A stretch of 64,000 nt of DNA from Dendrobates tinctorius (GCF_039654945.1 NW_027361819.1:6324001-6388000), one strand, 5' to 3'; shown: positions 42,801 through 54,384, numbered from the stretch's first letter. Translations and numbers: made by a program. The notes: generated by a model from the letters alone, not told the origin.

Positions 42801-44755
42801 CGATGAGTACCAGAGATATGAGGGGTATCGGTGATAGGAGGAGCAGAACGATGAGTACCAGAGATATGAGGGGTATCGGTGATAGGAGGAGCAGAACGAT
42901 GAGTACCAGAGATATGAGGGGTATCGGTGATAGGAGGAGCAGAACGATGAATACCAGAGATATGAGGGGTATCGGTGATAGGAGGAGCAGAACGATGAGC
43001 ATCAGAGATATGAGGGGTATCGGTGATAGGAGGGGCAGAACGATGAGTACCAGAGATATGAGGGGTATCGGTGATAGGAGGGGCAGAACGATGAGTACCA
43101 GAGATATGAGGGGTATCGGTGATAGGAGGGGCAGAACGATGAGTACCAGAGATATGAGGGGTATCGGTGATAGGAGGAGCAGAACGATGAGTACCAGAGA
43201 TATGAGGGGTATCGGTGATAGGAGGGGCAGAACGATGAGTACCAGAGATATGAGGGGTATCGGTGATAGGAGGAGCAGAACGATGAGTACCAGAGATATG
43301 AGGGGTATCGGTGATAGGAGGGGCAGAACGATGAGTACCAGAGATATGAGGGGTATCGGTGATAGGAGGAGCAGAACGATGAGTACCAGAGATATGAGGG
43401 GTATCGGTGACAGGAGGAGCAGAACGATGAGTACCAGAGATATGAGGGGTATCGGTGATAGGAGGAGCAGAACGATGAGTACCAGAGATATGAGGGGTAT
43501 CGGTGATAGGAGGAGCAGAACGATGAGTACCAGAGATATGAGGGGTATCGGTGATAGGAGGAGCAGAACGATGAGTACCAGAGATATGAGGGGTATCGGT
43601 GATAGGAGGGGCAGAACGATGAGTACCAGAGATATGAGGGGTATCGGTGATAGGAGGGGCAGAACGATGAGTACCAGAGATATGAGGGGTATCGGTGATA
43701 GGAGGAGCAGAACGATGAGCATCAGAGATATGAGGGGTATCGGTGATAGGAGGAGCAGAACGATGAGTACCAGAGATATGAGGGGTATCGGTGATAGGAG
43801 GGGCAGAACGATGAGTACCAGAGATATGAGGGGTATCGGTGATAGGAGGAGCAGAACGATGAGTACCAGAGATATGAGGGGTATCGGTGATAGGAGGAGC
43901 AGAACGATGAGTACCAGAGATATGAGGGGTATCGGTGATAGGAGGGGCAGAACGATGAGTACCAGAGATATGAGGGGTATCGGTGATAGGAGGAGCAGAA
44001 CGATGAGCACCAGAGATATGAGGGGTATCGGTGATAGGAGGGGCAGAACGATGAATACCAGAGATATGAGGGGTATCGGTGATAGGAGGGGCAGAACGAT
44101 GAGTACCAGAGATATGAGGGTTATCAGTGATAGGAGGGGCAGAACGATGAGTACCAGAGATATGAGGGGTATCGGTGATAGGAGGGGCAGAACGATGAGT
44201 ACCAGAGATATGAGGGGTATCGGTGATAGGAGGGGCAGAACGATGAGTACCAGAGATATGAGGGTTATCAGTGATAGGAGGGGCAGAACGATGAGTACCA
44301 GAGATATGAGGGGTATCAGTGATAGGAGGGGCAGAACGATGAGTACCAGAGATATGAGGGGTATCAGTGATAGGAGGGGCAGAACGATGAGTACCAGAGA
44401 TATGAGGGGTATCGGTGATAGGAGGGGCAGAACGATGAGTACCAGAGATATGAGGGGTATCGGTGATAGGAGGGGCAGAACGATGAGTACCAGAGATATG
44501 AGGGGTATCGGTGATAGGAGGGGCAGAACGATGAGTACCAGAGATATGAGGGGTATCGGTGATAGGAGGGGCAGAACGATGAGTACAAGAGATATGAGGG
44601 GTATCGGTGATAGGAGGGGCAGAACGATGAGTACAAGAGATATGAGGGGTATCGGTGATAGGAGGGGCAGAACGATGAGTACCAGAGATATGAGGGGTAT
44701 CGGTGATAGGAGGGGCAGAACGATGAGTACCAGAGATATGAGGGGTATCGGTGAC
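31956..44755. repeat. 48-bp satellite array, 12.8 kb, about 260 copies
   Basis: Unit GATGAGTACCAGAGATATGAGGGGTATCGGTGATAGGAGG(G/A)GCAGAAC; interrupted once by a SINE. Confidence 0.98.
39702..39983 (-). mobile_element. tRNA-derived V-SINE with L2-like tail and 7-bp TSD
   Basis: Minus strand: A box TGGCTCAGTGG, B box GGTTCGAATCC, V-domain core GGAGTTTGTATGTTCTCCCCGTGTTTGCGTGGGTTTCCTCCGGG; TSD GAGATAT at 39695-39701 and 39984-39990. Confidence 0.92.
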
Positions 44756-45089
44756 ACCTTCTGACCCATCTCTCTTCCTCTTTCTTCTACTTTCACTTTG
44801 CTCCTGCTGTTGTTGCCCTACCTTCTGCTCTGTGTCTTTTCTTCTTGCCACTACTCTTCCCTGCCCCCCTCTAGCCTCTCTACCATCCTCCTGCTCCTCT
44901 CCTTTGCTTCTCTCTTGCCCTATATCGCTTTCTCTTGTCCTTGCTTTCCCTCCCTGTTGCTGCTTCTGCCCTCTCCTCCTCTTGCCCCTTCTCCTCTCCT
45001 CCTCCTCCCCCCTCTGTGAGCAGCAGCTTCCTCCAATCATCCTTTGATGTAATCCCCCACTCCCCTCCCCCTCGCCTTACGCTGCGGCT

Positions 45090-45135
45090 CCCTCCTCCTC
45101 CTCCTCCTCCTCCTCCTCCTCCTCCTCCTCCCTCC
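45090..45135. repeat. (CCT)n microsatellite in a pyrimidine-rich region upstream of the TRIM gene
   Basis: Directly visible run of CCT. Confidence 0.9.
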
Positions 45136-45471
45136 TCCCTCCTCCCTCCTCCCTCACACTTTATTAACCCTTGGTGCCGCAGTGATACAGTTGCAGCCGC
45201 CGGCCCCTGTGCAGTGTGTCCGGGCTCCTGTGCTGGGAGCCGCCGCCGGGTTTCCCCGGAGCTCGCCCTCTCTCCCCGCCCCGGCTTAGTTCCCATCCCC
45301 CCGCCTCTCTCGCAGCCTCCATCTCCTCCTCCCCCGCCCTCTTTCCCCCGGTTTTTGTGTCGCCCCCCCTCCTTGCTCCCTCCTCCCCGTCCTCTTCCCT
45401 CCTGCAGCTCCGACGCATGAGGCAGGGAGGAAACAGGGGCGAAAGGGACCAGGAAGAGAGCAGGGGCCAGG

Positions 45472-46190
45472 GCCATCCGAGCAGTGGGGTCAGAGCTGTG
45501 GGGTGAGGACCATCCGAGCAGTGGGGTCAGAGCTGTGGGGTGAGGACCATCCGAGCAGTGGGGTCAGAGCTGTGGGGTGAGGACCATCCGAGCTGTGGGG
45601 TCAGAGCTGTGGGGTGAGGACCATCCGAGCTGTGGGGTCAGAGCTGTGGGGTGAGGACCATCCGAGCAGTGGGGTCAGAGCTGTGGGGTGAGGACCATCC
45701 GAGCAGTGGGGTCAGAGCTGTGGGGTGAGGACCATCCGAGCAGTGGGGTCAGAGCTGTGGGGTGAGGACCATCCGAGCAGTGGGGTCAGAGCTGTGGGGT
45801 GAGGACCATCCGAGCAGTGGGGTCAGAGCTGTGGGGTGAGGACCATCCGAGCAGTGGGGTCAGAGCTGTGAGGTGAGGACCATCCGAGCAGTGGGGTCAG
45901 AGCTGTGGGGTGAGGACCATCCGAGCAGTGGGGTCAGAGCTGTGGGGTGAGGACCATCCGAGCAGTGGGGTCAGAGCTGTGGGGTGAGGGCCATCCGAGC
46001 TGTTGTGGGGTCCGAGCTGTTGTGGGGTCCGAGCTGTTGTGGGGTCCGAGCTGTTGTGGGGTCCGAGCTGTTGTGGGGTCCGAGCTGTTGTGGGGTCCGA
46101 GCTGTTGTGGGGTCCGAGCTGTTGTGGGGTCCGAGCTGTTGTGGGGTCTGAGCTGTTGTGGGGTCCGAGCCGTTGTGGGGTCAGAGCCAT
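45472..46190. repeat. 37-bp minisatellite grading into a related 17-bp minisatellite
   Basis: CCATCCGAGCAGTGGGGTCAGAGCTGTGGGGTGAGGA about 14 times, then TCCGAGCTGTTGTGGGG about 11 times. Confidence 0.94.
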
Positions 46191-46241
46191 CAGGGGTCCC
46201 ACACCGCCTTCACAGGAGCCGCCGCCTTCTTCAGGTCAGCC

Positions 46242-46586
46242 ATGGCCACCACTCCTAGCCCGCTGCCCCTGTTGCCCTCGCTGAGCTGCGCCGTGTGCCG
46301 GGATGTGCCCCGGGAGCCGGTCACCATGTCCTGCGGGCACTGCCTCTGCCGGGGCTGCCTGGAGCAGGCATGGAGGGGCCAGGAGACCTACCCGACCTGC
46401 CCCAAATGCCGGCCCACCCCGGTGCAGGCCCCGGACGGGGTACAGAGGGGGCTGTGCGCGGAGCATGGCGAGAAGGTGCAGCTGTACTCCACGCAGGACG
46501 GAAGGTTACTGTGCCCGCGCTGCCAGGGGGCCGCCGAGCCACCTCACGCCATGATCCCCATACAGGAGGCCGTGGGGGGCTACAAG
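46242..46586 (+). CDS. TRIM E3 ligase (RING/B-box/coiled-coil/B30.2) coding exon 1
   Basis: GCCATGG Kozak context; C3HC4 RING (CAVC..CGHCLCRGC..CPKC); degenerate B-box; donor AAG|GTGAGG. An upstream coding exon cannot be excluded. Confidence 0.85.
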
Positions 46587-46659
46587 GTGAGGCCTGCGGG
46601 CACTGAGGCCGGCGCCCACCCCCAGCTCTGCGCCATTCACGTCTTTATTCCCTCCACAG

Positions 46660-46755
46660 GATGAGCTGATGTCGGCCATGGCACCGCTGGAGGCCCGGCT
46701 GAAGGAGCTGCAGCAGATGCAGTGCGCCCAGGAGCAGATGATCGCACAGCACCGG
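46660..46755 (+). CDS. TRIM coding exon 2 (coiled coil)
   Basis: 96-nt phase 0-0 exon, typical of B30.2 TRIMs; DELMSAMAPLEARLKELQQMQCAQEQMIAQHR. Confidence 0.88.
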
Positions 46756-47659
46756 GTATGACAGCGCCATGCTGCTCCCACCCTCGGGGCGGGGTGGAAA
46801 TGGGGGTCACACGGCACAGCCAGGGGTCCAGGCTGTCACGCTTGCTCTGGGCTCCGCTCTCGCAGTGTGGCCTTGTCAGTAGGGGCGACCATAAAGATGC
46901 CACGTGAGGGGGTGACCCACTGAGCGATTCCTCCCTGTGCACTTCTGGCGCCATTTATCCCCCAGGGTACAAAGGCCTGGTCATGGCGGACCCCGAGCGC
47001 CTGTGGGTCAGTGATGGCGGCAACCATACAGCAGGTCATGGGCCACCTCTGCCCCTACTGACTCCTGAGCGACCACCCTGACACCTAGTGATGAGAAGGC
47101 AGGAGACGATGGAGAGCCGGAGGATAGTCCCCTGCTATCCTCCTCCTGCCCTCTCCTCTTGCCCCTGCTCCCATCCTTCCCTTGCCTCTGCTCCGCACCG
47201 GCTATGAAAGTGCCATGCTGCTCCCACCCTCGGGGCGGGGTAGAATAGGGGTCCACGCTGTCACGCTTGCTCTGGGGTCCGCTCTCGTCTACTTTTCGCC
47301 ATTACAGAGCACCGCAGTGTGGCCTTGTCAGTAGGGGCGACCATAGAGATGCCACGTAAGGGGGTCTCCCAATAAGCGATTCCACCCTGTGCACTTCTGG
47401 AGCCATTTATCCCCCAGGGTACAAAGGCCTGGCCATGGCGGACCCCGAGCGCCTGTGGGTTAGTGATGGCAGCCACCGTACAGCAGGTCATTGGCCACCG
47501 CCACCTCTGCCCCTACTGACTCCTGAGCGGCCACCCTGACACCTAGTGATGAGAAGGCAGGAGATGATGTAGAGTCGGAGGATAGTCCCCTGCCCGAGGC
47601 ACCCAGCTTTCCCAGGAGCAGACATCCAGGGGCACTGACTACTCTTCCTTCTCTCACAG

Positions 47660-47893
47660 GGGAACCTCCTCAGCACCAAGCACCATGTGAGTCTGGAGTT
47701 CGAGAAGCTGCACCAGTTCCTGCGGGAGCGAGAGGAGCGGCTGCTGCGGGAGCTGCAACAGGAGGGGGACCTGATCCTGGCCGAGATGGAGGAAAGTCTC
47801 AGCAAGATGAAGCAGAACTGCCAGGGCATCCTCCAGACAATCAGCAGCACCCAGCCGCGGCTGTACGAGCAGGACGCCGTCACCTTCCTCACC
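47660..47893 (+). CDS. TRIM coding exon 3 (coiled coil)
   Basis: 234 nt, HVSLEFEKLHQFLREREERLLRELQQE...QDAVTFLT; donor ACC|GTGAGT. Confidence 0.9.
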
Positions 47894-48764
47894 GTGAGTA
47901 CCCTGATATCACACTGTGGTCCCTACATGAGCCCAGGACTGGGGGAGCGTCACCTTCCTCACAGTGAGTACCCCGTTATCACGCTGGGGTCCCTACATGA
48001 GCCCAGGACTGGGGGGAGCGTCACCTTCCTCACAGTGAGTACCCCGATATCACACGGGGGGCCCCTACATGAGCCCAGGATTGGGGGAGCAGTCACCTTC
48101 CTCACAGTGAGTACCCCTATATCACACGGGGGTCCCTACATGAGCCCAGGACTGGGGGAGCGTCACCTTCCTCAGTGAGTACCCCTAAATCACACGGGGG
48201 CCCCTACATGGGCCCAGGACTGGGGGAGCAGTCACCTTCCTCACAGTGAGTACCCCTATATCACACGGGGGCCCCTACATGAGCCCAGGACTGGGGGAGC
48301 CGTCACCTTCCTCAGTGAGTACCCCGATATCACACTGGGGTCCCTACATGAGCCCAGGACTGGGGGAGCGTCACCTTCCTCAGTGAGTACCCTGATATCA
48401 CACGGGGGCCCCTACATGAGCCCAGGACTGGGGGAGCCGTCACCTTCCTCAGTGAGTACCCCGATATCACACGGGGCCCCTACATGAGCCCAGGACTGGG
48501 GGAGCCGTCACCTTCCTCAGTGAGTACCCCGATATCACACTGGGGTCCCTACATGAGCCCAGGACTGGGGGAGCGTCACCTTCCTCAGTGAGTACCCTGA
48601 TATCACACGGGGGCCCCTACATGAGCCCAGGACTGGGGGAGCCGTCACCTTCCTCAGTGAGTACCCCGATATCACACGGGGCCCCTACATGAGCCCAGGA
48701 CTGGGGGAGCCGTCACCTTCCTCAGTGAGTACCCCGATATCACACGGGGCCCCTACATGAGCCC
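47876..48764. repeat. About 68-72-bp tandem repeat (13 copies) containing the exon end and 5' splice site
   Basis: Unit GTCACCTTCCTCA(CA)GTGAGTACCCCGATATCACACGGGGCCCCTACATGAGCCCAGGACTGGGGGAGC. Confidence 0.95.
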
Positions 48765-48843
48765 GGCCTGCTGTATATCTGCGGGATGGATAGATGATCG
48801 GCGGCGGGTGTCAGGCGTTTTGCTGCTGTGCTCAGCAGTAGTG

Positions 48844-49046
48844 GACAACACTTCAGAAATTCGTCCGACGAAGTAGATAAAAGTAAAAGATCTTTACCGA
48901 AAATCCATAAAACCACAAACCGGTTCAGGTGAAACTGACGTCTTCTAGAAGATTCCTGAACCGGTTTGTGGTTTTATGGATTTTCGGTAAAGATCTTTTA
49001 CTTTTATCTTCTTTGTTCGGACGGGACGGATTTCTGAAATTTTGTC
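48844..49046. repeat. Fold-back hairpin (MITE-like) in TRIM intron 3
   Basis: Perfect 55-bp arms 48875-48929 and 48955-49009 with a 25-nt loop, extended by imperfect outer arms. Confidence 0.85.
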
Positions 49047-49994
49047 TCGCTACAGTTGACTCCGCGCCCCGCGTGATTGTCGGCAGGTCTGGGGGTCTCA
49101 CTACAGACGTCCTGTAATTGATGTGTCAGACTATCTGTAGAACTACAAGTCCCATCACTCTCTGCCACTTGCATTCTAGGGGTTGTAGTCCTGGGGAGGA
49201 TAGTTCTGGGCGTTGTCCCATCTCCTCCGGGGCAGCTCCTGTGACTCTGCTGTCGCCAGTCGCGGCCATATTCATTCTGCGGGCGACGTCGGGGCCAGGA
49301 GCTCTGTACGACGCAGGCTCTTTTCAGGCCACTGAGACTGGGGTTGCTGGAACCTGTAGTGCCGTCCAGCCTGGCAGTATTGGTGCATGTGCTGTCCAGC
49401 TGGAGCAATCAGGTCCCTTCTTCAGCCCAGCATTGCACCTTACTGATAGTACTAATGCTCCAATCTCACTGCCGGGAGCTGCCACATGTGGGTCTGTGCT
49501 CCGCACAGGACTTGTTTTGTTCTATCCCTCTTGTCGGACCACAGTCCACTTACTGACATTTCTTTTGCTTACTGATTTTGTTCTGTGCCTGCCAGCCTGC
49601 ACCACCGGCCAGCAGCTGACTCTGTGTATCTCCAGACCCCTATACAAGGAAAGCCCTCCTACCTGGTAGGCCGCGGTCACACTCACATCAATACTCGGGA
49701 CCGGAAGGTGCGGCTGCATAGAAATGCATGTATCTGCATCTCCGGTCCGAGTGCCGGATGTTGATGCACTCGCAAGTCTGACCCCGGCGGTAAACTGAGT
49801 CACTTACCCTAATCCTGTTCAGGGCAGCCATTTTTGAGTTGGCAGATGATAACTGACATAGCCTTGTAGCGGGGGCTTGTCCTGGGGGAGGCTAGTCACA
49901 GGGGGGCTTGTCTTGGGGGGAGGCTAGTCCCGGGGGGCTTGTCCTGGGGTTTTGTGTCCAGTGCTATTCCCTGACTTCTCTTCTTTTCTTGCAG

Positions 49995-50017
49995 GATATA
50001 AAGTCGTGTATGGACAT
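49995..50017 (+). CDS. TRIM coding exon 4 (23-nt microexon)
   Basis: TTGCAG|GATATAAAGTCGTGTATGGACAT|GTGAGT; a 23-nt exon is characteristic of this TRIM class and the phases fit. Confidence 0.85.
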
Positions 50018-50099
50018 GTGAGTATCTGCTGCTTCCCCGTCTCCTGCGCCCCGTGACTCTGATCCGATCTGACCCACCTCTTTATCTCTCTGTTATCAG

Positions 50100-50230
50100 A
50101 TGTTATGGGGGCTACAGGGATGGGTTCCCGGCACAGAATGTGGTGGCTCCCAGAGACTTTGGCTACGGAGGAGTGAAGGACCTGATCCAATATACGGCCT
50201 GGAAGGATATGAAGTCTTATATCAGCCCCG
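50100..50230 (+). CDS. TRIM coding exon 5
   Basis: 131 nt, ...GGVKDLIQYTAWKDMKSYISP; CAG| acceptor, G|GTGAGC donor. Confidence 0.87.
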
Positions 50231-50293
50231 GTGAGCAGACCCCTAGGATGGCGACTCTACAGTGCCCACAACATAACCCCCCCCATACACCCA

Positions 50294-50828
50294 TGTATTG
50301 TATACAGGACCCCCCTGGTATGTGTGTGCCCCCACAGACCTGATGTATACAGGACCTCCCTGGTATGTGTGTGTGTGTGTGCCCCCACAGACCTCTGATG
50401 TATACAGGACCCCCCTGGTATGTGTGTGTGCCCCCCACAGACCTCTGATGTGTACAGGACCCCCCTGGTATGTGTGTGTGTGTGTGCCCCCCACAGACCT
50501 CTGATGTATACAGGACCCCCCTGGTATGTGTGTGTGTGCCCCCCACAGACCTCTGATGTATACAGGACCCCCCTGGTATGTGTGTGTGTGCCCCCACAGA
50601 CCTCTGATGTATACAGGACCCCCCTGGTATGTGTGTGTGCCCCCACAGACCTCTGATGTATACAGGACCCCCCTGGTATGTGTGTGTGTGCCCCCACAGA
50701 CCTCTGATGTATACAGGACCCCCCTGGTATGTGTGTGTGTGCCCCCACAGACCTCTGATGTATACAGGACCCCCCTGGTATGTGTGTGTGTGCCCCCACA
50801 GACCTCTGATGTATACAGTGCCTCCCTG

Positions 50829-50866
<38 letters not shown>

Positions 50867-52212
50867 CCCCCACAGACCTCTGATGTATACAGAACCCCCC
50901 GGTATGTGTGTGTGCCCCCACAGACCTGATGTATACAGTGCCTCCCTGGTATGTGTGTGTGCGTGCCCCCCACAGACCTGATGTATACAGGACCCCCCGG
51001 TATGTGTGTGTGCCCCCACAGACCTCTGATGTATACAGGACCCCCCTGGTATGTGTGTGTGCCCCCACAGACCTGATGTATACAGGACCCCCCCCTGGTA
51101 TGTGTGTGTGCCCCCACAGACCTGATGTATACAGGACCCCCCCTGGTATGTGTGTGTGTGTGTGTGCCCCCCACAGACCTGATGTATACAGGACCCCCCC
51201 TGGTATGTGTGTGTGCCCCCACAGACCTGATGTATACAGGACCCACCTGGTGTGTGTGTGTTTGCCCCCCACAGACCTGATGTATACAGGACCCCCCCTG
51301 GTATGTGTGTGTGCCCCCACAGACCTGATGTATACAGGACCCACCTGGTGTGTGTGTGTGTGCCCCCACAGACCTGATGTATACAGGACCCCCCCCTGGT
51401 ATGTGTGTGTGCCCCCACAGACCTGATGTATACAGGACCCCCCCTGGTATGTGTGTGTGTGTGTGTGCCCCCCACAGACCTGATGTATACAGGACCCCCC
51501 CTGGTATGTGTGTGTGCCCCCACAGACCTGATGTATACAGGACCCACCTGGTGTGTGTGTGTGTGCCCCCCACAGACCTGATGTATACAGGACCCCCCCT
51601 GGTATGTGTGTGTGCCCCCACAGACCTGATGTATACAGGACCCCCCCAGTATGTGTGTGCCCCCACAGACCTCTGATGTATACAGGACCCCCCTGGTATG
51701 TGTGTGTGTGCCCCCCACAGACCTGATGTATACAGGACCCCCCTGGTATGTGTGTGTGTGCCCCCCACAGACCTGATGTATACAGGACCCCCCTGGTATG
51801 TGTGTGTGTGCCCCCCACAGACCTGATGTATACAGGACCTCCCTGGTATGTGTGTGTGCCCCCCACAGACATCTGATGTATACAGGACCCCCCTGGTATG
51901 TGTGCCCCCCACAGACATCTGATGTATACAGGACCCCCCTGGTATGTGTGTGTGTGTGTGCCCCCACAGACCTGATGTATACAGGACCTCCCTGGTATGT
52001 GTGTGTGCCCCCCACAGACATCTGATGTATACAGGACCCCCCTGGTATGTGTGTGTGTGCCCCCCACAGACATCTGATGTATACAGGACCCCCCTGGTAT
52101 GTGTGTGTGTGTGCCCCCACAGACCTGATGTATACAGGACCTCCCTGGTATGTGTGTGTGCCCCCCACAGACCTCTGATGTATACAGGACCCCCCGGTAT
52201 GTGTGTGCCCCC
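50294..52212. repeat. About 50-bp minisatellite with variable internal (TG)n and C runs, TRIM intron 5
   Basis: Unit ACAGACCT(CT)GATGTATACAGGACCCCCCTGGTATGTGTGTGTGCCCCC. Confidence 0.95.
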
Positions 52213-52275
52213 TATACACTACTGCCCCTGCCGCCACCTCTCGGCACCATCTTTACTCCCCTCCTTCTTTTCCAG

Positions 52276-52820
52276 CCTTACCGGACATCATCATGGACCC
52301 CAGCACGGCTCACCTGAACCTGGTGCTGTCTGAGGACCTGACCAGCGTACGATACAGCGACACCAAGCAGTCGTTACCAGAGAACCCACGGCGCTTCGAC
52401 TACTGCTGCTGCGTCCTGGGCACCGAGGGCTTCACCTCTGGCCGCCATTACTGGGCTGTCGACGTCGGCAGCAAGACCAAGTGGAATCTTGGCGTGGCCA
52501 AAGAGTCGGTGAACCGCCGGGGCGGGATCACGCTGTCCCCGGAGAACGGCTTCTGGATACTGTGGCTGAGGAACGGCCACGAGTTCAAAGCCCTGGACGT
52601 CCCGTACCGGACGCTGACCCTGAGGAGCAAACCGCAGCGCGTGGGCATTTACCTCGACTACGAGGGCGGCCAGCTGTCCTTCTACAACGCCGACGACATG
52701 TCCCACATCTATACCTTCGTCACCTCCTTCTCCGAGACCATCTACCCCTACTTCTGCCCCTGCCTGAACGACTCGGGGAAGAACGGGGGGCCGCTCAGGG
52801 TCCTTCACCACGTGCCGTGA
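52276..52820 (+). CDS. TRIM last coding exon (PRY-SPRY/B30.2)
   Basis: [61 protein letters not shown]; stop at 52820; AATAAA at 52914. The six exons total 1374 nt (457 aa). Confidence 0.95.
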
Positions 52821-53281
52821 CCAGGAGGCCGTTCCAGCGCCTTACACCACTATGGTCCCACAGGTCCAGGCGCCGGCCGTGCCCCTACCCCTTGTCATTA
52901 CCTTTCAGAGCTCAATAAATGTATCCGCATTCAGTAAAAAAAAAAAGCGAGAACGTCTCCTTCATGGGTAACGGGGGGGTGGTGTCAGTGGGCTGGGCGC
53001 CCCGCTCGCCCTCTCATGCTGCCTGCACCAATGTCATCATCGCTCTTGTATGAACCAGGAGGCTCAGGATGAGCAGAGCTATCCGTGCCCTCTAGGGGAC
53101 CACTTCTCACCAGTAAGATGAAAATGAGATACTGTGCCTTTAAGAGCCGTCTGAGGGGTCTGCACCATCCCCTATATAGGGGGCACTCATTGATGGAAAT
53201 CAAACATTCATTTGCCAGCACATGTTTTATTGCCAGGGGTTCAGTATATATTTGCCTCCGCTCCAGCTTATGGGGGCTTCA

Positions 53282-53535
53282 TCATGCTGAGACCCTCCTC
53301 AGCTTCATCTGACTCCCCCGCAGGGTCTGTGGAAAATCCACCCAGGTGGTCCAGGAGAATGCGGGGTGCAGGGGGTCGGTCATGTGGTAGCGTGCGTTCA
53401 GGCCGGCCTCAGCGCAGCCCCCTGTGTGGTACCAGAAGCCTCCCCCCCAATACTCCGCGCAGTTCTGAGCGTGTCCGTCCTGGTCGTGGTCGTATGTGGA
53501 GAACGTGTGTCCGGCGTGGAGGCTCAGCGCGTCCC
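53282..53535 (-). CDS. mfap4: MFAP4-like coding exon 6
   Basis: GDALSLHAGHTFSTYDHDQD..NCAEYWGGGFWY..SQMKLRRVSA*, a fibrinogen-domain C-terminus; AATAAA on the minus strand at 53226-53231. Confidence 0.85.
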
Positions 53536-53554
53536 CTGCAAAGACAAGGTCGGC

Positions 53555-53813
53555 TTAAAGGGACTGTCCATGTTGTGTCCACCGCTTTGACCTCGTGAGT
53601 GGACTTCCCTGCAGCTGATTACCAGCCGTATGACCGCTGCAGCCAATCGTTGACCTCCAGATTCTGGTGTGAGATGACTGAGACCAGTGATTGGCTGCAG
53701 TGGTACACAGCTTGTAATCACCTGCAGGAAAGTAAGTAGAGACCCCCAGAGCAGCGGTGAGGGAGAAGTAGGGGTTGAAATATATATTTTTAATTCCAGA
53801 CAATCCCTTTTAA
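53555..53813. mobile_element. TTAA-flanked MITE (T2/Kolobok-like) in the last mfap4-like intron
   Basis: TTAA-AGGGACTGTCCA ... CCAGACAATCCCTT-TTAA termini; internal palindrome CTGCAGCCAATC / GATTGGCTGCAG. Confidence 0.65.
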
Positions 53814-53855
53814 ATAACCTCAATTAAAGCGTTTGTATGTACGTGTCGTCCTCAC

Positions 53856-54038
53856 CGGCCCCTCCATCGCTGAACTCCCCGAGGTGCAGGCGGTATCCGT
53901 CGCTGTCCGGGTTGAGGGCGTGGCGGGACAGGCTGAAGTTGGTGTACTGCGCTGTCACCCGCGTCCCCTCCACATCCTCCAGCTCCACCCGCAGCTCGTA
54001 GTCGCCGCTCACGGTCAGGCGGTAAATATTCTGCAGCC
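53856..54038 (-). CDS. mfap4: MFAP4-like coding exon 5
   Basis: 183 nt, LQNIYRLT..YELRVELED..FSLSRHALNPDSDGYRLHLGEFSDGGA, with the MFAP4-type segment before DGY. Confidence 0.87.
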
Positions 54039-54246
54039 CTGATACCAAGGGGAGAGGTCAAAGCGTTTATAGAGACATGGCCCCCAATATTCAGTGACGC
54101 CACATTCACCGCAACCCAAGAACGGCAACATGGCGCCAAACTCCATTCTGACCTGTGAGGACCCTGCAAACAGCAGCCCCGACCTCAGCTTCTGGGGGAG
54201 GTCAGACATTTCCTCCATGTGAGGCTGTGGTGCCGTCACCACTTAC

Positions 54247-54343
54247 CGAGCCAGTACTCGCCGTCCGCGCTCCCAAAGCCGCTCACATAATCCTGCCAGG
54301 GGCGTCCGAAGTCCTCCGAACCGTCCAGCCGCCTCTGAAACAC
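54247..54343 (-). CDS. mfap4: MFAP4-like coding exon 4
   Basis: 97 nt, [32 protein letters not shown]; donor G|GTAAGT. Confidence 0.88.
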
Positions 54344-54384
54344 CTGTGGGGGCAGTTATTATAAAGGGATGGTATAAGCCCCCA

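Noticed and set aside
31859-45040. Mucin-like, Arg-rich and Leu-rich ORFs of 700-1900 aa
   Set aside because: Produced by the 48-bp satellite; no domains, signal peptide or splice context, and a SINE interrupts the array.
46242-52820. Naming the TRIM gene (trim72, trim39, trim69)
   Set aside because: The architecture is shared by many paralogues and the sequence does not recognisably match one; a phylogeny is needed.
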